A stretch of 32,000 bases of DNA from Schaalia meyeri (GTDB lineage: Bacteria; Actinomycetota; Actinomycetes; Actinomycetales; Actinomycetaceae), in contig NZ_FNLK01000012.1 of NCBI RefSeq assembly GCF_900105015.1, positions 210,001 through 242,000 on the forward strand, given 5' to 3'. The translations under genes were made by a program, and so were the position numbers. The notes beneath the pieces are model-generated. The model saw only the letters and a program-made list of their open reading frames with translations. It made no database searches and was not told the DNA's origin. This document shows, one piece after another, positions 1 to 9,740 of the stretch (its first letter is position 1; each line of letters starts with the position of its first letter).

Positions 1-336
1 GCGTTGATTATCCCTGACGCATCGCTGCGTCTGCCTCCGGGGTGGATCCACACAGGCCGCCACCGCCGTTAATCTGCGTATGCACACCCATTGGCCACCT
101 CCTCTGCTCACCACGACGTGTCATCAGCATGTGTATCGATGGCTTTACAGTAGCGCAGAATCAGCGAAAAACCAACGCTTTGGGGCCATCTTGAGCACGC
201 GCAGCACATGTGAGGAGCGGGGATGGAACCATCACTGCAGCTCACCCGGGGGACCCAACACAGCAATTACACTAATGTAATGTTGCTCACATTATGCTAC
301 ATCTCTTGCGGGCTACCCATTTTTCGACTAGTGAAA

Positions 337-1698
337 TCAACCTTGCGTTTCGCCGCCATTCGGAATCCCCTGCGCGGCGGGCGCGGGCGGGACCATCGCG
401 GACGGAGCGACCGGCATCGGCAGGGACGGCAGGGGCAGCGACCGCGCGCTGCGAGAGACCAATCCTCGCAGCGCCCGCTCAGCCGGACCGCGCGACGATC
501 CCGCCGCCTCGGCCAGGACACACCCGATCCCGATAAACGCCCACACGCAAAGGGCGATCAAACCACCTACCGCGTCACCGACAACGCGCACGCCGAACAC
601 TCCGAGCGCGCCAAACACGCCGGCAAAGAGAATCGTCTGCGACAGGTACGCGGTCATCGAACGCCGTCCGATGGCACTGAAGAAGGTACAGACCGTGCCG
701 AGGTTCTCACGCGGGCCACCACCCACGAGCGCCAGGAGAGCCAGCCACCCGCACGCGCCCACGACACCGGAGGCGTGGAACAGCGGATTCGCCCAGGTCC
801 CCGCCCCCACGAAACCCCAGCCCAACTGGCCGAGCGCATAGGGGAGGCCGCCGACAGCTCCCACGGCGAGGCCACCGACAGCGATGGCCCCGAGGAGCGC
901 GCCGCGTCCGCGCGGATCCTGTAGGAGCCCCCATCGTGCGACGCCGACGCCGATCATGACGCAGGGGACCACGAGGGACAGCAGGGTCGTCACGGGAGTG
1001 ATGCCCGCCCACTCGCCGAGCGACATCAGCGGATAGGTCAACCGAAGCGTTCCCCGAGGGGCGGCGGCCAGCGCCATGGGGGCGCTCCCCACGACCATCG
1101 CGATCCCCCACATCGACCACAGGCTGAACGCCGTGAAGACGGCGGCGATAAGGCTCATCAGCCACGCGCGCGCGGAGACGATGACCTCGGCGAAGACGAC
1201 CGCGACCAGACCGTAGGAACCGATGATGTCGCCCGCGAACACGATTCCGTGCAGGGCTCCGAAGGCCAGCATCCACCAGCCGCGGCGGCGGATCAACCGT
1301 GAGGCGGCGCGGCGCGCCCGACGCTCCACTTCCTCATTGAAAATCTGCCACTGGACGGGTGCCCATCCGGCGCTGATCTCGGTCGGCAGGGCCTCCCTGG
1401 CCGCGCGTCGCTCTCGCTCAATGGTGCGGGCCGCCATGATCGCCATGCCGAATCCGAACAAAATCGAAAAGAGCGGGTAGGCGCGGCGATCGACGAAAAG
1501 GGTGCGCGCGACGAACCACCACTGGTCGGCGGCGCTCATAGCCTCCACCATCGCGGTGCCGTTCGCCGGGTAGTCCGGGAAGTACTTCAACCACCAGGGC
1601 ACGTTCGCCAGGGCGATCAGCGCCAGCATGAATCCGCGCGCAACGTCGGGAGAGGGAAAACGCAGCTGACGTTCTCCCGTGAAGGACAGGGTGGACAT
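337..1698 (-). CDS. Polytopic membrane protein, DUF418/YeiB-like (acyltransferase-3-like fold)
   Basis: 453-aa ORF with many hydrophobic helices. The N-terminus (RGFMLALIALANVPWW...) and overall layout resemble the DUF418/YeiB family. ATG at 1698 is preceded by GAGAGGAA. Family assignment is from memory of motifs, not a search. Confidence 0.6.
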   Translation of the reverse strand: MSTLSFTGERQLRFPSPDVARGFMLALIALANVPWWLKYFPDYPANGTAMVEAMSAADQWWFVARTLFVDRRAYPLFSILFGFGMAIMAARTIERERRAAREALPTEISAGWAPVQWQIFNEEVERRARRAASRLIRRRGWWMLAFGALHGIVFAGDIIGSYGLVAVVFAEVIVSARAWLMSLIAAVFTAFSLWSMWGIAMVVGSAPMALAAAPRGTLRLTYPLMSLGEWAGITPVTTLLSLVVPCVMIGVGVARWGLLQDPRGRGALLGAIAVGGLAVGAVGGLPYALGQLGWGFVGAGTWANPLFHASGVVGACGWLALLALVGGGPRENLGTVCTFFSAIGRRSMTAYLSQTILFAGVFGALGVFGVRVVGDAVGGLIALCVWAFIGIGCVLAEAAGSSRGPAERALRGLVSRSARSLPLPSLPMPVAPSAMVPPAPAAQGIPNGGETQG

Positions 1699-1790
1699 GG
1701 GGTTCCTCTCGCGTCAATCCGTTGGCGTGACGCACGGCGAGAGGCGAGGCCGAACAAGCTCTCGCCCCTCGCCCCGCCAGGCCGCTTGCG

Positions 1791-2489
1791 TCAGCCGATG
1801 GCCGACATCATCGCCTGCTGCCGAATCGCGCGCCGCCTGCGATTAGCTCGCACAACCAAAACGATGCCGACGATCATCACAATGATGCCGCCCACGCCGA
1901 CAACCGTCGACCAGATAAGCGCGCTTCCCAACAACGACATCAGATCGCCGGCACCTATGTTCATGCCCGTCAAGTTAGATTTCTGGTCCATGCCATCGCA
2001 CTGGACCTTGTAGGTCCCCGGCGTCAGCCCGTCCAGCGAATAGACGTTCCGCGCACCCTGGAAGGGTTTCATCGAGTGCGCCTGGCCATTCGCATCAGTC
2101 ATGGTGCAAGAATCTGCGTTTCCGTTGCCAACTACGACCGTGTACCTGCCGCTATCCGTCACCTCAACGGAATCGCCGTTGCGAATAGCCTGGCTTTCGA
2201 CGGCGATATCGGCCAGCCTCTGAGAACCCGTGTACATCGCCACGAAGAAGACGACCGGGGCGACGATGAGCATCATGACAACGCCCAAGACAATCATGAT
2301 CGTTCCGGGGGCGCGACTGGGCAGCTTACCGGTGGCCGCCGTCGCCAATCCCCCATAGCCGCCACCGTAGGCGGCACCTGGAGTGCCCTGGGGTGCTCCG
2401 GGCGTCGGGGCACTCGCGCCGCCCTGGTCATACTGCGGCCAGGGGGTGCCCTGTCCGTCGGGAACGCCGTAGGGAGTGGGATTCGACAT
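1791..2489 (-). CDS. Hypothetical membrane protein: P/G/Q/Y-rich N-terminus, TM, about 100-aa two-Cys extracytoplasmic domain, C-terminal TM
   Basis: 232-aa ORF. ATG at 2489 is preceded by GGGAAGG. Two clear hydrophobic helices (IMIVLGVVMMLIVAPVVFFVAMY and VVGVGGIIVMIVGIVLVV) flank a beta-rich segment. No family recognised. Confidence 0.55.
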   Translation of the reverse strand: MSNPTPYGVPDGQGTPWPQYDQGGASAPTPGAPQGTPGAAYGGGYGGLATAATGKLPSRAPGTIMIVLGVVMMLIVAPVVFFVAMYTGSQRLADIAVESQAIRNGDSVEVTDSGRYTVVVGNGNADSCTMTDANGQAHSMKPFQGARNVYSLDGLTPGTYKVQCDGMDQKSNLTGMNIGAGDLMSLLGSALIWSTVVGVGGIIVMIVGIVLVVRANRRRRAIRQQAMMSAIG

Positions 2490-2551
2490 GAGTTAACCTT
2501 CCCGGAGATGAGTTTTCTCAAGCATAGCAGCGCCCAGAACCCGACCGCGCA

Positions 2552-3292
2552 TCACGGGAAATGAACGCCCTGGAGGCGCTGCCTCCGCAGCTCATCCACC
2601 CCGGGTATTTCAAGGGGATCCAGCTCGGCTCCGGTCGCGCGCGTCAACAGCAGATCCGCCAGCTCCGGGTTACGAGCCAGCACGGGACCGTGCATGTAGG
2701 TGGCGACGATAGAACCCTGGATCGCCCCATCGTACGTCAGCTCGGGGGCAGCTGCGCCCTCGGGCATCCCGTTACCCACCCCCGCGACGACGCGCCCTAA
2801 GGGGGCCGCATCGGGACCGAGGACCGTTGCACCACCGTGATTTTCGAAGCCGGTGAGGGGCTGGGTCAGCCCCTCTATGAGCGGAGTGGAGACCAACTCG
2901 CCGATGGCTCGGTGGCCCTGCGGCTGCGTCGTGATATCGAGGACTCCCATGCCGGCTACGCGGGTAGTGCTTGCATCCTCATACCAGTGCCCCAGCACCT
3001 GCAATGACGCGCAGATCGCCAGCAGCGGGCGCCCGGCGTCGAGGGCGCGGGCCAGGCCCGACGTGCCCCTGAACCTCGCGGCCGCGAGCGCCTGCGCGGT
3101 GTCCTCTCCCCCGCCGAGCGTGTAGATGTCCAGGCTATCGGGGATCGGGTCGGTCAGGCCGACGTGAACCACCTCGGCGTCGATACCGCGCCTGCGGGCA
3201 CGTTCCGCCAGGATCAGGGCGTTGCCCGCGTCTCCGTAGGTGCCCAGCACCTCGGGCATAAGGACACCGATACGCAGCGTTGAAACGCTCAC
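2552..3292 (-). CDS. gatD: Lipid II isoglutaminyl synthase, glutamine amidotransferase subunit GatD (CobQ/CobB-type GATase)
   Basis: CobQ-like GATase sequence (LRIGVLMPEVLGTYGDAGNA..., LAICASLQVLG with the nucleophile Cys, ATYMHGPVLARNP) lying directly downstream of murT. I place the start at GTG 3292, which overlaps the murT TGA (3291-3289) as GTGA. The longer ORF to 3379 would overlap murT by 90 nt. Confidence 0.85.
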   Translation of the reverse strand: MSVSTLRIGVLMPEVLGTYGDAGNALILAERARRRGIDAEVVHVGLTDPIPDSLDIYTLGGGEDTAQALAAARFRGTSGLARALDAGRPLLAICASLQVLGHWYEDASTTRVAGMGVLDITTQPQGHRAIGELVSTPLIEGLTQPLTGFENHGGATVLGPDAAPLGRVVAGVGNGMPEGAAAPELTYDGAIQGSIVATYMHGPVLARNPELADLLLTRATGAELDPLEIPGVDELRRQRLQGVHFP

Positions 3293-4599
3293 TTCTTCCC
3301 TTCCTTTCGGTCGAGCACGATCGTGAAGTCGCGCATGGCCGTGTAGTTCAGGAGCACCTCCACGCGACCGGGTTCGCACAGTGCCAGGGCATCCATCGGT
3401 GTCGACGCGAGCTCGCAGTGAACGCCTGCGTATTCGAGGCGCACGGCCAGGTCGGCACCGCGTTCACCGCAGGCGATAACGCGCCGACCTGGCTGGTTCA
3501 CCAGGGAGAAGTCCACGTCCCACAGCCACGAGAGATCCTGCCCGTCGGGCACCTGTCCGTTGACGCCGATGACGACCTGTGCGGCGCCGGGGTCGATCAT
3601 CGTCATGGCTTCCTGCCAGCCGGCGGGATTCTTCGCCAGCATGAGTCGGGAGCGTCGCCCGTCTACGTCGTGGACCGAGTAGCGTCCCGCCACCTCCGTG
3701 ACCTCACTGACGGCCTGGGCGGCGATGACGGGGTCGATCCCCATGGCGACGGCCGCGGCGACGGCCTGCGCGGCGTTGCCCAGGTTCGCGCGCCCGGGCA
3801 GCTTGAGCGCCAGGGGGACGGCGGTGTCGTTTGGGCCGTGGAGCAGCGCTCGTGGCCCCTCGGGGGCCAGATCAACATCGGTGAGCCACCAGTGGGGGGT
3901 GGGCCTGCGATTCAGGGAGGGCAGTTCCTCTCCCTCGAATGCGGGGATCAGGTGCCAGCCGCCATCGCCGCGAACGACGCGCCCGCCCCTGGGGTATGCG
4001 GCCGAGTCGCCTCCCCATCCGGCACCCGCGGCGACCCACACGACGTTCGGGTTGTCAGCCGCTGCGGAAACGACCAGCGGGTCGTCGCAGTTGGCGACGA
4101 TGACGGCACCTGGGTGAGCCGCGGCGCCCTCGCGCAGGCGTCGTTCGACCGAGCCGATCTCGCCCACGCGATCGAGCTGGTCGCGAGAGAGGTTTAGGTA
4201 GACAAAAACTGCGGGATCCACCTCCGCCGCCACGGCGGGCACGTGCATCTCATCGACTTCGAGGGCCGCGCGCGCAGCGTCCTTGCCGCGCATGAGCGCC
4301 GTGATGACGCCGGAGGTCATGTTGTCGCCGTTGGTGTTGGAGGCGACGGATCCGGCGCTTTCCAGGGCGGCTCGCACCATGCGTGTGGTCGTCGACTTTC
4401 CGTTGGTTCCCGTGATGATGACACAGGAATAGGCGGCGGCGAGTTCGGCGAGGAACCTCGGGGACAGACGCATCGCGACCTCTCCCCCGATCATGCCACC
4501 CGATCCGCGCCCGAGTGCTCGGGAAGCGAAGCGGGCGGCCATGCCGGCCGCGTTAGCCACGCGCGAGCGCACCGATAGGTGATGCGTTGAGTTCGTCAT
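3289..4599 (-). CDS. murT: Lipid II isoglutaminyl synthase, Mur-ligase-like subunit MurT
   Basis: Mur ligase P-loop ITGTNGKSTTTRMV, a C-terminal DUF1727-like region, and pairing with gatD. Start chosen at ATG 4599 (MTNSTHH...), preceded by GGGAG. The ORF extension to 4707 is R/G-rich and lacks an RBS. Confidence 0.85.
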   Translation of the reverse strand: MTNSTHHLSVRSRVANAAGMAARFASRALGRGSGGMIGGEVAMRLSPRFLAELAAAYSCVIITGTNGKSTTTRMVRAALESAGSVASNTNGDNMTSGVITALMRGKDAARAALEVDEMHVPAVAAEVDPAVFVYLNLSRDQLDRVGEIGSVERRLREGAAAHPGAVIVANCDDPLVVSAAADNPNVVWVAAGAGWGGDSAAYPRGGRVVRGDGGWHLIPAFEGEELPSLNRRPTPHWWLTDVDLAPEGPRALLHGPNDTAVPLALKLPGRANLGNAAQAVAAAVAMGIDPVIAAQAVSEVTEVAGRYSVHDVDGRRSRLMLAKNPAGWQEAMTMIDPGAAQVVIGVNGQVPDGQDLSWLWDVDFSLVNQPGRRVIACGERGADLAVRLEYAGVHCELASTPMDALALCEPGRVEVLLNYTAMRDFTIVLDRKEGKK

Positions 4600-5107
4600 G
4601 CTCCCACGGTAACGCATGCGGAGCCCCGGACGCGTCGCCTGTTGGCGCCGAAGGAGACCAGGACCGGGCGCGGACCCGCTTTGGGGGCGGGCCCACTCGC
4701 GCGACACGCCGTTTCACAGCAGGCCCACACATATAGTTACACATGCCACATTGGCGTTACCTGCACCATGTCGCTGTGATGCCATCGACACATCCGTGCA
4801 ACACAATCCGTTTCGACACCTGCCAGGAGGCACGGCGCAGAGCCGTCGAAATGAGTGCAATTGCAAGGAAAAACAACCGCGAAAGCGGAGGCGACAGCCG
4901 AGGGAATCTGCCGCGAGAGACCAGCGCATCTGACGCACGCAATCCGCACCACCCCTGCACATTTGTGCGAACCGCTGCCCGCAGCGACCACCGACTATCA
5001 AAACCAGCTGTGACCTGGTAAGACTAGCACCAGCAGGCGAGAGCCTGTCGCCTGTTACAGGCTTCGATCGAGGATCCTGTGTGCCCCGGCTCCTTGATCG
5101 GATGAGG

Positions 5108-5140
5108 CTGCGGGACCCATCCGGTGGATGGGTCCCGCAG
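5108..5140 (-). terminator. Perfect 15-bp stem hairpin immediately downstream of hspR (dnaK operon terminator candidate)
   Basis: CTGCGGGACCCATCC (5108-5122) pairs perfectly with GGATGGGTCCCGCAG (5126-5140) across a 3-nt loop. It lies 29 nt past the hspR stop. There is no U-tract, which is common in high-GC actinobacteria. Confidence 0.6.
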
Positions 5141-5168
5141 TCGGGTTGCGCATCGACGCATCGATTCC

Positions 5169-5726
5169 CTACCGACGGGACACGATCGTCCCTTCGACGA
5201 CCGCGCGCACGCCCACCCGATCTCCCGCCCTCGGTGCCGCAGCACCCACCGTACCCCCGGTGGCACTCAGTGCGGCGAGCGCGCGCATCGGGTTCCACAC
5301 AGTCAGCGAACCGCTGGAGGAAGCCGCAGCCTGCGCGGAACGGTCCCCCGAGCGCTGGCCGCGCCGCATGGGCATGACCTGACCGTCGGGGGACGCCGCG
5401 AACACCCGGTTTCGGCGAGCCTCTGCCGCTAAAACCGCCGCACGCAGCCCCTCGCACTCGGCCTCCAGGACCTCGACCCGGCGCTCAAGCTCGAGAATGC
5501 GCCGGATACCCGCCAGGTTGATCCCCTCCTCCTGGCTCATTCGCTGCACGTCGCGCAGGCGCTGCACGTCGCGCTTCGTGTAGCGCCTGCCCCGCCCCTT
5601 CGTGCGGGCGGGGATCACCAGGCCGAGTCGGTCATACTGACGCAGGGTTTGCGGGTGCATACCGGACAGCTCCGCCGCGACAGAGATGACGAAAGTGATT
5701 GCATCATCCGAACCCGTTGTCGTCAT
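5169..5726 (-). CDS. hspR: Heat-shock transcriptional repressor HspR (MerR family)
   Basis: MerR-type HTH (ISVAAELSGMHPQTLRQYDRLGLVIPARTKGRGRRYTKRDVQRL), last gene of the dnaK operon, with HAIR operators upstream of dnaK. Confidence 0.9.
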   Translation of the reverse strand: MTTTGSDDAITFVISVAAELSGMHPQTLRQYDRLGLVIPARTKGRGRRYTKRDVQRLRDVQRMSQEEGINLAGIRRILELERRVEVLEAECEGLRAAVLAAEARRNRVFAASPDGQVMPMRRGQRSGDRSAQAAASSSGSLTVWNPMRALAALSATGGTVGAAAPRAGDRVGVRAVVEGTIVSRR

Positions 5727-5729
5727 GAG

Positions 5730-6746
5730 CTACTCCTCGGCGTCCCTCACCAGAGAGGCGCGCACATCCCTGTTCCCCTCGGCCTGCGCAAACGCCTTGG
5801 CCAGCTTCTTCAGTTCACGGCCGGGCTTGTCGGGAAGCTGAATGGAGACACGGGCGATCAAGTCACCCACCGCCTGCGAGCCCCTCACTCCCGCCCCGCG
5901 CACGCGGATCTGCGTGCCCGACGAGGATCCCGCAGGCACCTTCACGGCGGCGGTGGTTCCATCGATTGTGGGCACGTCGACGACGGCACCCAGGATTGCC
6001 TCGGACACCGTGACGGGGAGCGTGAGCACCAGGTCGTTCCCTTCCCGCGAGTAAACGGGGTGCGGCTTGACCGTGACGGTAACCTCCAGGTCGCCCGCCG
6101 GGCCACCGTACGTGCCGGGCCTTCCGTGCCCTTTGACGCGAACCTTCTGGCCGTCCCTGATGCCGGCGGGGATGCGGACCTTAATCGGGGAGCCGCCGAC
6201 CTTGATGGTCAGGGTCGCCCCGGTGAGCGCCTGCCGAAACGTGATGGACAGTTTTGCACGCAGCGTCCCGCCCTTTTCGGGCGTGGGCGTCGCGCGCGAG
6301 GAGGCACCGAAGGCGTCGCGCGTTCCCGCGCGTGCGCCCGCGCCACCGCCGAAGAGGCCCGAGAGGATGTCCTCGAAGCCGGGGGCCCCGGGGCCCCCGG
6401 ACGTCTGGAAGCGCACCCGGGGTCCGCCGCCACCCCCGCCGCCGAAGGCGCCGAACAGATCCTCGAATCCCCCGGCGGCTCCCGACCCGGCGGAAAAGCG
6501 CGCCCCACCGCCGGTCATAGCGCGAATCGCGTCATAGCGCTTACGATCCGCGTCGTTGGACAGGACGGCGTAGGCCTCGCCGATGTCCTTGAACTTTGCT
6601 TCCGCCGCCTTATCGCCCGGGTTCTGATCCGGGTGCCAGCGCCGCGCCAGCTTGCGGTAGGCCTTCGTAACGGTTTTCTTATCCGCCTTCTTGTCGACCC
6701 CGAGGACCTTGTAGAAATCCTTGGAGAGCCACTCCTGTTCGCTCAT
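5730..6746 (-). CDS. dnaJ: J-domain co-chaperone DnaJ, class II/CbpA-like (no zinc-finger domain)
   Basis: J domain with HPD (DFYKVLGVDKKADKKTVTKAYRKLARRWHPDQNPGD), a G/F-rich region and C-terminal beta domains. The 338-aa protein has no cysteine at all, so the CxxCxGxG zinc-finger repeats are absent. Confidence 0.9.
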   Translation of the reverse strand: MSEQEWLSKDFYKVLGVDKKADKKTVTKAYRKLARRWHPDQNPGDKAAEAKFKDIGEAYAVLSNDADRKRYDAIRAMTGGGARFSAGSGAAGGFEDLFGAFGGGGGGGPRVRFQTSGGPGAPGFEDILSGLFGGGAGARAGTRDAFGASSRATPTPEKGGTLRAKLSITFRQALTGATLTIKVGGSPIKVRIPAGIRDGQKVRVKGHGRPGTYGGPAGDLEVTVTVKPHPVYSREGNDLVLTLPVTVSEAILGAVVDVPTIDGTTAAVKVPAGSSSGTQIRVRGAGVRGSQAVGDLIARVSIQLPDKPGRELKKLAKAFAQAEGNRDVRASLVRDAEE

Positions 6747-6796
6747 GCGCGCCTCACCTCCTTTCCAGTCGCGAGCGTTGCCTTATTCAGGGTTGT

Positions 6797-7449
6797 TCAC
6801 CAGCACCTTCGCGGCGCGAACGACGCGTTCCCCCGGCGATACCCGCTGGTGAGGACCTGCCCGATGACGGGATGGTCGACGTCCGCGCTGGTGGTGGCCA
6901 TGAGCGCGTCGTGCAGGGTCGGGTCAAAATCGTCGCCCTCGGCGCCGTAGCGCTCGAGTTCGAAGCGCGTCTTGAGGGTGTCCTCGAGCTTGGAGGCGAT
7001 CGACGCAAAGGGACCGTCTTCCAGGTCGCCGTGGGCGCGGGCCGCCGCGATGTCGTCGAGGACGCTGATCAGCGCCTCGATCACCTCGTCCTGACCATCC
7101 GTCTTGTATCCGGGGATGGCTTCTTTCGAGCGCCGCACGAAATTCGCGTACTCCTGGCCCTGGTTGTATAGCTCCGCGTTGGCGCGCGCCAGCTGGTCTT
7201 CGACGCTGGCGATGCGTTCAAGGGCATTGGCCAGGTCGGAGTCTTCCACCTGTTCCTCGAAGGCGCTCATGTCGTCGGCCGCAGCGTCGGTTGGCTCCTG
7301 AACCTTCTCGCGCTGGCCCGTTTCCTGGGCGGACACACCCTTCTCGGGCTCGGCGGGCACCTGGCCAACCGGGGCCGACTCAAGGGAGTCGGCCCCGGGG
7401 GCGTGAGCGTCCTCGCCGGGCGCCGAGAAACCGTTGGTTTCTTCGATGC

Positions 7450-7453
<4 letters not shown>
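6797..7453 (-). CDS. grpE: Nucleotide exchange factor GrpE (3' end apparently frameshifted, see findings)
   Basis: GrpE-like sequence between dnaK and dnaJ. The GTG start at 7453 overlaps the dnaK TGA as GTGA. The last about 10 residues as read (...[15 protein letters not shown]) are atypical, whereas the adjacent frame gives a canonical GrpE tail ending at 6783. Confidence 0.85.
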
Positions 7454-9282
<1,829 letters not shown>

Positions 9283-9381
9283 AGTGTGGTTTCCTTTCAT
9301 CGGCGAGGCCGTCTCCGCCGTGCGGGGGCGGCTCGCGTTGGTTCGTGGTGATTCATGGTGTCGGGGCGTTCCCGACAGACC

Positions 9382-9402
9382 CTTGAGTCTGATGTACTCA
9401 AC
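9382..9402 (-). promoter_or_regulatory. HAIR operator 1 (HspR-associated inverted repeat)
   Basis: CTTGAGT-ctgatgt-ACTCAAc compared with the published HAIR consensus CTTGAGT-N7-ACTCAAG. It lies 100 nt upstream of the dnaK ATG. Confidence 0.8.
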
Positions 9403-9429
9403 TTTAGGATCGGGCTTTTTATTCCGCAA
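9401..9429 (-). promoter_or_regulatory. Candidate dnaK promoter (-35 TTGCGG, 17-nt spacer, -10 TAAAGT)
   Basis: Read on the minus strand: TTGCGG-aataaaaagcccgatcc-TAAAGT. The -10 abuts and overlaps HAIR 1, and the element lies between the two HAIR sites. Hexamer inspection only. Confidence 0.4.
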
Positions 9430-9444
9430 CCCGAACCCCTCAAA

Positions 9445-9465
9445 CTTGAGCCTGACATGCTCAAC
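9445..9465 (-). promoter_or_regulatory. HAIR operator 2 (HspR-associated inverted repeat)
   Basis: CTTGAGc-ctgacat-gCTCAAc, 63 nt from HAIR 1. Both copies are followed by TTT, so the two sites form a direct repeat of one about 24-nt unit. Confidence 0.7.
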
Positions 9466-9740
9466 TTTCTTTCCACAAAAATATTCCGCCTGAGCCAAAG
9501 CCCGCCGCTGCCTCACCCCGCACCCGCGAAGCGCCATCGATAGGGGGTCGTGGGTGCAGCGAAAGCCCGGCCTCGACACTTCGCACACGCAGAAAGTGGC
9601 GCGAAACACCATCTCTCTGGCACACTGGAAGCGCTCTCACAGACCGACAGCCCCGTCCACCAACGACGAGCGGAATCAGGACACGACTGGCTGGCTGCCG
9701 CCCCGCCAGCCCACCGACACCAGGAACGGCAGGTCACGCA

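Noticed and set aside
4714-5457. 247-aa minus-strand ORF in the hspR-murT gap
   Set aside because: It has R/G/C-rich composition, overlaps the 3' end of hspR and the terminator hairpin, and has no RBS or family resemblance.
5649-6950. 433-aa plus-strand ORF overlapping dnaJ and grpE
   Set aside because: It is antisense to two clearly homologous chaperone genes. It has an R/G/A-rich low-complexity translation and no recognisable motifs.
9283-9612. N-terminal extension of the dnaK ORF (720-aa version starting at 9612)
   Set aside because: The extension runs through both HAIR operators and the promoter. It has no Hsp70 similarity, and the canonical [14 protein letters not shown] start has a good RBS.
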